From the human T2T-CHM13v2.0 reference genome, Homo sapiens: a DNA stretch of 64,000 bases. Both the position numbers and the translations under genes were made by a program. A model generated the notes under the pieces. That model ran no database searches. It had not been told where the DNA came from and saw only the letters and a list, made by a program, of their open reading frames with translations. Of this stretch, positions 43,501-57,234 are shown piece by piece. The stretch lies in NCBI RefSeq assembly GCF_009914755.1, contig NC_060929.1, one strand, 5' to 3'. How positions within the stretch are numbered: the stretch's first letter is position 1; every line of letters starts with the position of its first letter.

Positions 43501-43975
43501 TCTACACATACACAGACACACACACACAAACACACAGATAGAGAGATAGTTTTCTAATTTAGAAGAACTTTATCCGATTTGTGATATAAGTTTCACCTAG
43601 AAAGTATTTAGACTGCAACGTACAGAAGAGAAAGAGTACAACGTTCAACTGGAAATTTACTTGCCCTGAAGGCATACTTTGGAACATTACCTGGGGCCAT
43701 CAACAAGATATATTGTCTTTACTTCCCTGGTGTATTTCTGAATAAGACCCGCATGTCATCGTGACAAGGAAACTAGGTAAACCAAAGGTTATGAAACTTG
43801 TGTTCTCTGTCCTGTTACTTCATCTACTCAAGAACTTGGAGAAGTCACTTGTCTAGCTTTCAGTATTTCTGGTCTATATAATGTTCGACATTTTAGATTA
43901 TTATGACCCAGTAATGCTGTTCTTTGAAACAGTTAGAGTGTCCACTGTGGACATGAGTATGTAATAACTAAATAT

Positions 43976-44456
43976 TGTAAAAGAAAAAATGCACTGGACC
44001 AGTTAAACAGGTAAGGAAGACATTATTCATGACTGTTGCAATAGGAGAGACTTTTGCAATAAGGAAGAAAGTTTGAATCCAGCTGTGCTGAAACAAAAGG
44101 CAGGGGGATTCTTCATGCTGGTATGAGCTAATGGAGAACATTAAGATATCAGTCCAAGTGACTGGGCCATTTGTGTTTGCTAGTTGGTGCTTAGCAAAGT
44201 TAGGCTTCTATATTTCCACAGGGACTGAGACAGGGTTCTGTCTTTCTTCATGACTACATTTCAAATGGATGACCCCTAGATCTTTGAGAAAGACATTTCT
44301 GGGCTACAGAAGATACACTTCTCAAAAGGGCAAAGAAAGGGTTTATAAGTTTTCTTAAAGTAAATATTCTAAGGAAAGAAAAAACAGGGGCCTGTAGTCA
44401 AGATGCCTGTTTAAAATTTTGTCAAGTTGAGGATGGTGTTGAAGTTATCTTGGTCA
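43976..44456 (-). mobile_element. MER67 (ERV1) solo LTR
   Basis: TGTAAAAGAAAAAAT...GGACCAGTTAAACAGGTAAGGAAGAC...TTTGAGAAAGACATTTCTGGG...TCTTGGTCA; TG...CA termini. Confidence 0.8.
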
Positions 44457-44903
44457 AAATCAAGAATGTTAATTACAAGTATTTTTCTTAACAGTGCTTT
44501 ATTTTCTTGACTCTAACACAACATTTGTAGAGGGAAGGGGACAGTACTACTCATTACATTTACTTCATGGCAATATCTACTATAAAGTTAGCTTCTTCCT
44601 CCTGTTTTATATTTACATTTTGCTTAATCCCTTCTTCTTAGTGCTGAGCACAGTGGTTGCTCCATATATGTGTGATAATTAGAAAGACAAAGTAATTAAC
44701 TAAAGAGTTTAGAATAAAAGAATAAAGAAAGGAGTGAATGAATACAATTTGATGATGCACTCATTGGTGAAATGATAAAGGCAATATGTCAAAATGCATT
44801 GGTATTGTAGGTAGTGACATTAGATGTTCAGGAAAAAACACAAACTTCCTAATTTCTAAAATCAGAGGACCCTGTTAGAGACTTAAGATTTAATTTCATT
44901 ACA

Positions 44904-44906
<3 letters not shown>

Positions 44907-44940
<34 letters not shown>
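44907..44940. repeat. (TG)17 microsatellite
   Basis: Read directly. Confidence 0.97.
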
Positions 44941-44941
<1 letters not shown>

Positions 44942-45029
44942 ATGCGCCTCAAGTTAAATAAAAACTTGAGATTTATTTATAAATTATAAAGCCAATATAC
45001 TTGAAAGTGGAATTTCTTACAGTATTTTT

Positions 45030-45205
45030 TCCCTCCCTTTTAGAAACACTCATTACACTTATTGTTTATTACTTGGTCAGTGCTTATTTTCTTCACTGGA
45101 ATTCGAGAGGTCAGGAATGATTTCTGACTCACTCATCTTATATCGTTTCTACAAAAAATAATGTCTTGTGCATAACAGGAACTTAATAAATATTTGTTGA
45201 ATAAA
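45030..45205 (+). mobile_element. L2 3' end
   Basis: CATAACAGGAACTTAATAAATATTTGTTGAATAAA. Confidence 0.6.
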
Positions 45206-46173
45206 AGAGTATACAATAATAGAAATGTTAAATTATTTCCTAACCCAAGTTAAAACAAACCCTCCCCTGTTTAAGAAGGAGATACTTTTAACTGCCCTTC
45301 TTTGCTTTTCAAATGCATCACAGAAAGTTCTCGAATCCTCTGTTGTCTAACTGGTACTTTCTAATAGACTCATTGTTTTGCTGAATCTGCCAAGTCAGGT
45401 CAGAATTAATTTCACACTTGAATTTTAATGGATATAATGATTCTCTGATTCCAGGTAGGATTAATCTAGCACCTTGGCAAGTTTTTATATAGCAGCCATT
45501 TGAAATATATTCAAATGATATGTTTTGAGAATAAGGACATTGGATTTCAGGAATATGAGATTTAATAATTCATCCAAAGGTAGAAAATGATTGGGTCAAG
45601 AGCTCAGGTTGCTTGCTATTCATTTCTTTTCTGTCTATTGAAAAACTCTGTTGTGATGGCAGTTCTTTTCAAACCTTATGTATTGTGACTAAAAACTTAT
45701 TTAATTACTTATTTTTGCTTCAATAAAAGGAATATTTCCATTTTCATGAATCAATATCAGTTCAGTCTCTGTTTTATAAAGCGTAACCACTGGTTGGCTT
45801 ATAAAGACCTTCTATATTAATTACATGTGTTTGTACATGTGGTTTGGGGGTTAGTGAGGCACTCTAAATGACGAATTGAGCTCAAACATTTGTATTAATA
45901 TTTCATTATTTTTTTAGCTGAAATATTTAGTTGAGTGGTTGGTTAGTTATTGTAAACTTTAGTCTTATTTTTTGATGAAATGGATAATTTATTTCTATCT
46001 CTAAAATAAATACTGTTTTTGTACTTTTGTTGGTTACATATACACACAGAATTCATTGTGGCAAACAGGACGTGCATCTTTATGTACGTTAAATACTGAA
46101 GAATCTGTAAGTATAAAAAGTTAACAGGAAAAACTCAGTTAAGATGAATCTACTTAACGTTAAAATGTCACAA

Positions 46174-46888
46174 TGTTAGCAGCAGTGAATCCATACAGGT
46201 CTGCAGCAACCTCAATTCTTGCCTCCTCAGAAGAAAGAATTTGACCGAGGGGCATAGGGCACAGTGAGAGACTGAGGCAAGTTTTAGAACAGGAGTGAAA
46301 GTTACAATTAAAAAGTTTTAGAACAGGAATGAAAGGAAGTAATGTACACTTTGAAGAAGGCCAAGTGGCAACTTGGGAGATTCAAGTGCATCGTTTGACT
46401 TTTGACTTGGGGTTTTATATATTGGCATGCATCCAGGGGGTTGCATCTCTCTTACTCTGATTCTTCCCTTGGGGTGGGCTGTCCATATGCACACTGGCCT
46501 GCCAGCAGTTGGAAGGGGCCACATGAGCAGTATGTTTACTAAAGTTGTACACATGCTCACTTCAGGCATTTTTCCTTTACCAGTCGAGTGTTCCTAGAGG
46601 AAGGTCATACACCAGTTAAACTCTGCCATTTTGCCTCTTAGTGTGCATGCTTGAGCCCACTTGCCCAAATCATGAGATCTTATCAGGAAGCTGCTGATCA
46701 CCAGCTTCAGGCACTTTCTTTCTACTGGGAGACTGCCTTTCCCTGTCATTGGCTGCAAAAAATTATTATTTTAGAGAGAGAGTTGAACAACCACCTGACC
46801 ATCACCTGATACTTGCCTGACATTCCTGGTGGGGCAGAGGCGGCCCTCTCCTGCCCTGCTCATGTCTGCCTAACTACCTACTCTAACA
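46174..46888 (-). mobile_element. MER50 (ERV1) solo LTR, full length
   Basis: Minus strand begins TGTTAGAGTAGGTAGTTAGGCAGACATGAGCAGGGCAGGAGAGGGCC and ends GGATTCACTGCTGCTAACA; flanks ACAA/ATAA. Confidence 0.9.
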
Positions 46889-46903
46889 ATAATAAAGAGT
46901 GGA

Positions 46904-47242
<339 letters not shown>

Positions 47243-47559
47243 TTAGAAAATGAACTATAAAAGTACTTTTTATATTTAAAAATTAGATGGTAAATAATTA
47301 TTAGAAAATAAGTGTTCCTTTGTAATGTACAGTTTTCATCAGATTGAGTGATAGAAATATATGACTTAGTTTACTTTTCTTTTGACTTTTGCAGCAACAT
47401 CATTATAAGGGTCATGAGTACAAAAACATTCAAGGGCTTCATCAATTTTCCTAGCAGCCTTGATTAATATTTTAATACCAAAATCATTTTCTCTTAAGAC
47501 ACACCCTTATCAATTTTTCTTCAAGCAAAATTTTATTTTTTGGTTATTATTTGAATTTC

Positions 47560-47790
47560 TCTAACATTTATTAAGTATGTTATCAGGCCCTGTTATACGT
47601 AATTTACAGGCAGTATCTTATTTCATCCTCACAAAATCACTATTTAATAAGAGCTGTCATCTTCTCATTGTACAGATCAAAAATTAAAGGCAAGAGAGAA
47701 TAAGTTTGCTACCCAATATCCAGAGTTAGTACATGATAAAGCAAGAATTCCAACTGAAGCAGCCTCCAAAATTCATACACTTAGGTGTCA
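47560..47790 (-). mobile_element. MIR
   Basis: TCTTATTTCATCCTCACAAAATC...CTCATTGTACAGATCAAAAATTAAAGGC. Confidence 0.65.
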
Positions 47791-48561
47791 ATGCCCAAAA
47801 TAAGATTGTCTCATAAACATTAAGATTTTGTTTGGGACATGTCCATCTTTAACACGTTTGTGGAATCACTTAGGATACTTTTCCATTGTTTTTACACCTG
47901 CAGTATTATTTTTCATGGACTCATACATTATGTGAGAAGATATGTTTGAGTGGATACTAATTTCATAATCAGTTTACTCATGGGTCTTTACATCTTATGA
48001 CAATTTTTGCTTTTTTTGAACCTGGTAAATATGGGGACTCTGACAAATAAAGCTCACTGACAAGTTCCTACTGTACTGGTTAATAAATATATGTACCTCT
48101 GTAGGGATATACATGAACTGACCAATAGGTAAACACAAAGAAGGCACACATAAAACTAGTACCAAGACATTGTGACCTCCAGCACTATTCGTTGAACTGG
48201 TTAAAAATCCCGGAAACAGAGGGAACCTTGTCTTCTTCTTGCCCCATCCCTCACAAGGCCTGTGTGCACTAGCTCATGTTAAAAAGATTCCTGAACAGGA
48301 AAGAATGATTTTGAGTTTCAGCAGAACATTCCTTCAGAGAAAGTTCTTTGTAAGAAGTAATCTTTTAAGTCTCTCACTATTAAAGCAAATGGGGTAAAAT
48401 TTAACCTTTAAAATTTATGTCATTCATTTATTAACTTCTGAAATCTTAACGTTGATTTTTCTGTTATTTTTCATTTAATTCTCAAACATGTAGACTAGCT
48501 AAGTTGATCTACAAGTCTACAGAGTCTACATCCCCTAAGTTATTGACAACTATTTTGTGTA

Positions 48562-48920
48562 TGATATGATTTAGCTGTATCCTCACCCAAATCTCATCAT
48601 GAATTGTAACTTCCATAATCCCCATGTGTTGTAGGAGGGACTCTGTGGGAGGGAATTGAATCATGAGGGTGTTTCCCATGCTGTTCTTGTGATGGCAAAT
48701 AAGTCTCATGAGATCTGATGGTTTTATAAAGGGAGTTCCCCTGCACATGCTCTTTTGCCTGCTGCCATGTAAGATGTGCCTTTGCTCCTCCTTAGCCTTC
48801 CACCATGATTGTCAGGCCTCCTCAGCCGTGTGGAACTATGAGTCTTTTAAACCTCTTTTTCTTTATAAATTACCCAGTTTCGGGTATTTCTTCATAGGAG
48901 TATAAAAATGGACTAATACA
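48562..48920 (+). mobile_element. THE1 (THE1C-like) solo LTR
   Basis: TGATATGATTTAGCTGTATCCTCACCCAAATCTCATC...GGACTAATACA; perfect 5-bp TSD GTGTA. Confidence 0.93.
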
Positions 48921-50242
48921 GTGTAAAATAAAAAGATGTGGTTTACCCAGCAGTATTCACAGCTTTTTAATTTAAATTCTGGACACACTTTCACAGTTAT
49001 GTTGAATGTCAAGAAATATCATTCTGTATAACTTTTAATTTTTTTCCTCTTATTGTCAATTATCACTTTACCATGTATTGTGATCTATAGAAATGTCAAG
49101 ATCAAAGTGAACACTAATCCCAGAAAGTGAGGTAGCTTTGTATTTTCTACCATGGGCCAGGTGCATCTGTGTTTTGATCTTTGCTGATTTATAAAACTGC
49201 TCTAATCTTGCCCATGATTCACTTTCTTTATTTCTTTTCCAAAGGCAAGAAGGCCTCATGTTGCTTTCTTTAAATCTCAACTGCTGACTTTTCAATTCTC
49301 TAGGAGAACAAATTTTATTTCAAAATATGCTTGGAAAATTGAGTAATGAACTTTTTCAAATTGTAAGATTGTTATCACATCACTACCAAGATATGTAATG
49401 ATAGTCTTCTTAATGTTTTTTCTATGCAGACTAAATAAAAATAACAAAGTCTTTTATTTTTCTGTGCAAATAACACTTCTTGGTGAATTCTCAGTATTTT
49501 TGGCCATATGGCTCTTTGCTAGAAGTAAACAGCTACTGGTAAAACTCTTCATTGATTTTACAGTTGTGAAATTGTAAATACACAGTGGTTATAATCCAGC
49601 AGAGCAACGCATCTTGTACCTCTTGCCAGGGAGGGTCATGTGTAAGCCCAAAGGAGAGTGATCTCTCTTGTATCTATATGATTTAGCACTTCATTACATT
49701 GTATTATCCTTTTATTGTTTATTTTTTTCTAATTTCTTAGTTTTTAGAAATAGCATAAATTCTTTAGGGCCAGGGATTGTGGCACCTGATTGTTCTAACC
49801 TTTTCATTTTCTCTTTTTTTTGCCTAAAATCCTAGCACATAATGCTTGTACTTGAAATTCAATACCATTTACTATTTAATAATTCATATCTAAATCGATA
49901 TGATTTTAAAAAGTAACTTCCCTACATACGAACAGGATGGGTGAAATTCATGAATCTGCTGAAGTTTTCTTCAACAAAAATCGTGAAAGTATATTTATTA
50001 GTTCAACTTCTTTACCCATCTCCTATTTTTATATGCTTACAATATTTCTTTCTCCTGTTACAATAATGCTAAATTTTATTTTGGTCCTTCCTGATAGATA
50101 CTATTAAATGATGACAAATTAAATAAAAGGGAAATGATGTTTCTTATATAAGATTGGCAACTGAAACAAGCAGGTTTTAGTAAGATAAATTTGATTCTTT
50201 TCTAAGAGGATAAACTTGTAGAAGTATGAATAAGTAAACTAT

Positions 50243-50535
<293 letters not shown>

Positions 50536-51399
50536 TTATCAGCTTTCTATACATTCATTTATGACTTGACAGTGCAGGGAACATGGATTACAGACCAGGA
50601 ACATACTACAGACCCCTAATACATTCAGCCCTATCTGCCTCTGCATCCTCAGGAAGGAGTATGTTTACTACTGGCCCTTTGCTCATTCTCTGAATTTAAG
50701 TTTTCTTATCACATAAAGGCAGCATTTTAATCCATGAGTGTCTCAGTACCATCCATAGTCAATGGTATTTTGAGAAACTCCCCATGTGATACTTCTCTTT
50801 AGAAAGCTCTCTGCATCATGCTTATTAAGTTATATCACACCCAACAAGATTTCCTTGTAAATCTCCTCGGAGAACCCACTGAGAATCTAAATAGAGAGAA
50901 CCGCTGATTAACTGGAAAACTCAATTAATCATCATTGTTTTCTTTTTCTTCTTGAGCTGTAGTTGAAGGATAAAGAAGTTAATAGCAATAACAATAGCAG
51001 TAACAAAAGAATTATGAATGAATAAAATGTTTTCTACAGTGTGACTAGGATCTGTCAAGACTAATTCTGATCTCTGGTGGACCAATTTTTAGCCCTGAGG
51101 CTGCTCACAAATCATGGGAAAAATAAATTCGATTTCCTACAGTGTACTTTCCAAGGTATACATGGTCTAACGCATTTAAGAAATATTTCAACCCACTAGT
51201 AGGAGGAAAGAAAAAGCATTCATGACAATCTATGAACAGGAAATTTTATTTTGTAAGATTGTACTGTTGTTTAACTCTTTTACCTAGTCAATGTTTATAA
51301 TCATTATACACATTGTTTTCCATATCTTTTGAACAAATCTGGCAAGCTCTTAATGCTTCCGTGGCTCTGGGAGTCAAGTTCTGCATCTACACACAAGAT

Positions 51400-51805
51400 G
51401 GGGGCCTAAGTGCCTGAACCTTTTCTTAGAGCTGAATGAGTCAGGAGTGGACTTAGTTCAAGCTGGATAAGCAGCCTCTCTCTCCATCTGGTCCATCTGC
51501 ATGTGGCTAGAACCAAGGACACATGTTCTCAGGTGCTGTGTGGATACTGTGTGCAGAGAAAATCAGAGAAAAGCGTCTGCACGTAGAAGCACGTGAGCCA
51601 AGAAAGAGCCTGTGTGACCCAAGAGAGCAAGAAACCTAGAGCACAGCAGTCTTGGTGCCTAGCAGCTTTTTCTTTCCTGATGCTAGGCTTCCCTGGCTCT
51701 ACATTCTGCTTTTGAATTGTATTACATGAACCTTGATCCTGAAATATGCTTAGTCAGTACTAGTACACTTCCAATGTTTACAGCCAAAAAATCTTAACTC
51801 ACACA
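51400..51805 (+). mobile_element. Degraded MLT1-type LTR
   Basis: Ends TGTTTACAGCCAAAAAATCTTAACTCACACA, similar to the MLT1 3' terminus. Confidence 0.45.
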
Positions 51806-51889
51806 CACTTAGTAGCAGTTAAGTCCTTTTTATCTATATTTCTTGTACTCCTAGAAACTATTTTTCTCATCGTGACGTTTTTATAACTA

Positions 51890-52090
51890 TCATTATGATG
51901 TGCTTCCTATACAAAGCAAAGTACTTGTATTATCAGATTCTCACTACTTTGAAGTAGGTACTATTATGATCTCCCCTTGACAAATGAGGAAAATGAGGCA
52001 CAAAGTGTTTACAGATATTGCAAGAGAGATTGTGATGAAATGGGGGTTTGGTCCTAAGCATTTTGGTCCAGAGCCCATATTCATAAACCC
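51890..52090 (-). mobile_element. MIR
   Basis: GAAGTAGGTACTATTATGATCTCCCCTTGACAAATGAGGAAAATGAGGCACAAAG...TCCAGAGCCCAT. Confidence 0.8.
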
Positions 52091-54169
52091 CAATTCAGTT
52101 TGGAAAATAAAATAATAGTGAAAAAGTTCATGTACAACATATGGAACTAGGATTTAAAAATGTGTGTATATATTTGTTAGAATATGTGTGTATCTGTGTG
52201 TGTGTGTGTGTGTGTATCCTTTTATATATGGAACACTCACCCATCCCAACTGTATGTGGAAAATGTCATGTGAAATTATGAGAATATTCATATGTTCTTT
52301 GTTTCTTCATATACTTCCTTGGAATGTTTCCTTCATTTATTACATCTCTGAGTGAAAAATGACACATTGCACAATGGCCATAATCAGGCCATGGATGCCT
52401 ACTATTGATACGTGTGCTCACACAGACCTCTGAACTGAATCCCCAATTTAGACTGCTGCCTTCTGTAAGCAGTCGTCACCTTTGCATAATCTCTCCACTC
52501 TGAGCTCTATCCAGGAAAACCCAGTGAGACAGGGTGAATTTAAAAGGCCACCATAAACTGAGCCACGAATTACCAACAGATCCAGTGGTTCAAGAATAAT
52601 TTCCTCTTCAGCTTGAAACGTAAGTATGGCTCACTGAGAAGCCATATTACCTCCTGATTCCAAGGAAGGCCTGTCAGAGCAGAACTCACAGAGTGTAAAG
52701 TTTTTAAAGTGCATTTGTTATCGCTTGCTAGTCTGACTATTAAAGTGAAACACTACACACCGTTAAACCTTCAGACTAGCACTGCAAAAATACTTATCAA
52801 AAATACAGGCTCTGGGAGATTTGTTTACTCTAGAAATATGCTGTCTTTGCAGTTACGTTTTCGTTAATGAGAAGGCAGTGCAGGATTTGCCTTTTTCATT
52901 GGAGGGGCAAAAAGCCAAATGAAGGGAATTGTCCTTAAAGTGATATGGCAATACCCAATTCCTAGGCAGGGTTTGGAAATCTTCCTGAAAACATTTTACG
53001 TTCTGAAATAAAAGAAAACCATTTGTTTTGCCTGAAAATTTTGTATTCAGCAAGTTACTGATCTATAATATGACAGCTGAAAACGTGAGTCTGAAAATAA
53101 GCCCCTCCAGGTAGGAAGCATTGTTTTCCTAAAAACAAGAAGCCATATATTCCTTTGCATTTGGGCTAATGCAAAATTATCATGAGCTTAGGGAATGATA
53201 ATGAGTTGAATCGGTACTGTTTTGAAGCACTGTAAAAGTTTCCATTAAAAGTTTAGAAGTGACGCTGTCTCCAGTTACTAGAAGATTCTGGCCTCCATTT
53301 GTAAACCTGTGCATGCATTCCGTTCTTTGGCTTGCTCCTTGAGTATGGCATTTGCTTGGACAGCATGTGACCTGCCTTGTCAAACAATACAGGGTAGAGT
53401 AAAGGTGGAGGCAAATAAATAAATAAATAAATCAGTAAAGCTTCAGAGGCATTTTCTTGCTTTTCCCATTTAATTTTTCATTTGGGTTATAAATGGCACC
53501 TCAGACAGAAGGAAGCCTCCTGGGTTTGTCAGGATTCTCTGCTGGCCTAATCATGAGCTTGACACATGTAGAAGTGAGGCACTGAGAGAATTAGTGATTG
53601 CGGCAAGAAGAAAGGAAGAGTGATCAATTATTCACCACATGCCACCAAATACAAGAAGCATGACCACTGCTTGTCTCTCGCGTTCTCTCCTCTGTGCACA
53701 AACAAAGCTACTCCCACAGCCTACATGCCATTGAAAGAAATATTCCCTTCAAGCAATTCTCATTTTCACCAGTCCATTTACATGTGACTTTATAAGTGGA
53801 CAACCATAATTAAGGAAATAAGTTAATGAATGTTCTCTTAGTTAGCTTCCTTAATTTCTTCCTCTCCATTTATTAAAACAGAAAAGAAACAAAAAAGACC
53901 TAGGTGAGTGACCTTGAGAATAAATTTATATATAAAATTGATTTAGGAAATACCTGTAACATGTTAAAAGTAATGCAAACGGTTTGGTAAATTCCTTGTG
54001 ATTTTCTGTGTTTAAAGAGATACTTCCCATCATGAAAAGTCAGAGAAATTATCTGACACTAAAGAGCATTCCAATCTCTTGTTTTCTTTGTGGATTCACG
54101 TAGCAGTCATTTCATCAATAGATATTCTTGAGCAAAGGAAAATGGGCAAGTTTGTAACTCTTCAATTGT

Positions 54170-54350
54170 AATCATTGCTTTGTGACCCATCTCTGTCATT
54201 GATGAAGTGTGTCATTTTGGGTAGCTCAAACTTGTGATATCCAAGCTTCTTTTATCTATACAATACCCCATCTTCCAGTAATACGTGCTCCACAGGGTTG
54301 TTAGAAGTATTAAATGAGATGATATTTGTAAAAACATTCAATCAATGTTA
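54170..54350 (+). mobile_element. MIR
   Basis: GTGTGTCATTTTGGGTAG...CACAGGGTTGTTAGAAGTATTAAATGAGATGATATTTGTAAAA. Confidence 0.75.
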
Positions 54351-54559
54351 CTTCCCATATACCCAGTTATACCTGTAGCAAAATTGTTCTGCATATTTGC
54401 TCATTATTAAAATTTACCATCAGAGGCCAATAAATGGGTATCTACTCTCTCTCAGATTTTAATATGCTCTATATTGCTTTTGCATCTGAAAGAACCACTT
54501 ATGGATGCTTTCAAAATATCTTTTTTTCTAAGTTCTATAATATATTTATTATGTAGATT

Positions 54560-54750
54560 TATCATTTGCTAAAACTCAATATGTGCCAAGAACTATGTTA
54601 AGCTATCTTTGGCTTATACAGCTCTTTGAAGCCTCACAGTAATCCTCAGAAAAATTTATTATAATTTCCATTTTACAGATGAATACATTGAGACTCAGAG
54701 GGCTTAAGTATCCTCAATCCCAGACCTGTGAAAATCCAGTCCATGGTCTT
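54560..54750 (-). mobile_element. MIR
   Basis: TATGTGCCAAGAACTATGTTAAGC...CCATTTTACAGATGAATACATTGAGACTCAGAG. Confidence 0.75.
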
Positions 54751-54751
54751 T

Positions 54752-55296
54752 ATTAAGGTTTCTCATCTCTTTAATATACAGACAAATTTCCTGGGTGTAT
54801 TAATCCGTTTCACACTGCTGTAAAGATACTACCAAAGACTGGGTAATTTATAAAGGAAAGAGGTTTAATTGACTCACAGTTTTGCATGGCTGGGGTGGCC
54901 TCAGGAAACTTAACAATCATGGTGGAAGGTGAAACAGGCACATCTTACGTGGCAGCAGATAAGAGAGAGTGAGTGTGTGAGAGCACGGGAAAAACCATCG
55001 TTTATAAAACCAACAGATCTCATGAGAATTCATTTACTATCATGAGAGCAGCATGGGGGAAACTGCCCCCACAATCCAATCACCTCCCACAGGGTCCCTC
55101 CCTCGACACATGGGGATTATGGAGATTACAATTCAAAATGAGATTTGGCTGGGGATACAGCAAACTATATCACTGGGAAATCTTGTTAAGATGGAGACTC
55201 AATAGGTATCGGATGAAGCCTGGAAGTCTTCATTTCTAACAAGCTCCTCAATGGGGCCAACGCTTCTGGTCCTCACACCACACTTACTGTTGCAAG
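54752..55296. mobile_element. MER5-family MITE split by the THE1 insertion
   Basis: GTTTCTCA...CCTGGG left of the THE1; CTGGGAAATCTTGTTAAGATG...CATTTCTAACAAGCTCC...CTGGTCCTCACACCACACTT right of it. Confidence 0.65.
54796..55172 (-). mobile_element. THE1 (THE1D-like) solo LTR
   Basis: TGTATTAATCCGTTTCACACTGCTG...CAAACTATATCA; perfect 5-bp TSD CTGGG. Confidence 0.93.
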
Positions 55297-56759
55297 ACTC
55301 TAAAACACCCTGCCGTACTACTTAAAGCTAATCATGAGCACTCAGTAAATATCAAATAAAAAATGAAAACTCGTCGAAGGCTAGAGAGAAGGATGACATC
55401 TGATGATTTGCTCGGGTGAAAATTTCTGGAATTAATGACTAATTTTTTGTTGGGCTCACATCAAAGTAAGAACAGGTCTTTGACTTTGTTACAAATGACC
55501 TTTGCCATATTCATGTGTTTCCCCTCATTGAGCCAGTTTGCTGGACCCCACTGAGCTCCAAGCCATATTTGGCCTGCTAGAGATTCTTGACCACCCAGTA
55601 GACTAGGGGATGTTGCCTCTACCATCTGGCTACTTTCCAGATCCTTCCCTCACTTGTCATGTGTTGGTCTTTCTGACTGATCACCAACACCAAAATTCAT
55701 GTTGGCCTCAGCTGAGAAATCATCAGAGTGAATTTATTATTAAAATAATAGTAACCTAACTTTAGGGAAAGAAAAAATATAATGAGGGAAATGAGGAGCA
55801 GAGAGAAGAAAGGAGGAAAAAAATAGCAGAGAAGAGGAAGGAATATAAACACAAGGACCACAGACTTTAGAACTGTTGATGTCTCAGAACCCAGGAAATA
55901 AGAACGGTTAATAGAAAAAGAAGAAATCCTAGGAGCTAGCCTGACAGTTGCTTTCTTGCAGAAAATGATGTTTGTCATCTATCACTGTCTGACTTAGTCC
56001 AGAGACACTTTTTCCCTTTGCCTCACGTGTGCCATGTGACTTTGTTTCCAAAGTGTTTACTCTCCATCCCCCTCCTTGTAAGAAATAGTAAAGGAGTCAA
56101 CAATAGACATTAATGAGGAGGATCTAATACATGGCAGGCACTGTGGTCAACAAGTGGGAATTTGGACTCTGATCTCATGAAGCAGAGTCTAATGGGGAAG
56201 CCAGGGGCCTCATCCAAATGCAACTACCCCCACTGAGGCAGAACCTCTGACTTCTAGCCTACAATTCCTAAAGTTCTCTTTTCTGAATTTCATTAATAAG
56301 CCTTTGCCACTGGACCACAAATTGTACTTTATAAATGTGTAGTTCAACTAATAGGGAAAAAAGCAACTTTCATCATTGTGTTCATGTAGGTGTGCAGAGG
56401 CAAGTATACACCTGTGTGTTTCTTTCAACGTTGCACAATTTTATATTACATATTTACAATTATTGTGGTTAATGTACATTCTGATTGCCCACGTAAACAT
56501 AACTAGGCTTGCTGATAGACACATCCAAGCCAGATAAAGCCAGAAGGAGGGAGGGAAGGAGGGAGGGAGGGAGAGAGAGTGAGTGTGTGTGTGTGTATAT
56601 GTGTAAGAGGATACAAGTTAAGTAAAGCAAACTATGACTTTTTTTGCTTTCATTCTATATGACGAAGATCACCTGGGCCAGAGGTGATATAAATACATGC
56701 TCATATAAGTACATGTTAATGACTTCATTGAACAACAATCCTCAGGTATGGTTCTAGCA

Positions 56760-57150
56760 TAAGGGAGCAAAAGTAAGTGCAGAACTTCTATTTATGGAGA
56801 TTACAGTCTAGTAGAAGAGACAGTCATAAGAATAATGCAAATGCGTGTACAAACATGCACCAAGAACATGTTATGAAATAGATTTCTCTTACAATGGAGT
56901 ATATTAAGAAAGGAATCTGAACGAAGGTGACTTTTGGAGAGGGAAGCTTTTCTTAGGAGGTGACTTGAACTGAACTTTAAAAGATAACTCAGGAAAACTT
57001 GTAAATAGGAGCAACCCTGTTGTGGAAGGGCAATTGAAATGTTCCAGGAACTCCCCAGCCAGTGTATCTGGAGGTCAGAGAACATAGCAGGAGGTACAAA
57101 CAGAGGCCATAGGTAACCTGTGGTCCCTTTGATGCAGTGAAGGATGGCAA
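56760..57150 (-). mobile_element. L2 fragment
   Basis: TATGGAGATTACAGTCTAGTAGAAGAGACAG...GGGAAGCTTTTCTTAGGAGGTGACTTGAACTG. Confidence 0.65.
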
Positions 57151-57234
57151 TAACCATATAAGTAAAACATAGTGTTTATTTGATTCAGCCCTAGCCATGA
57201 TATTTTGGGTATGTGGGGAAGGGGTGTGAAACAG

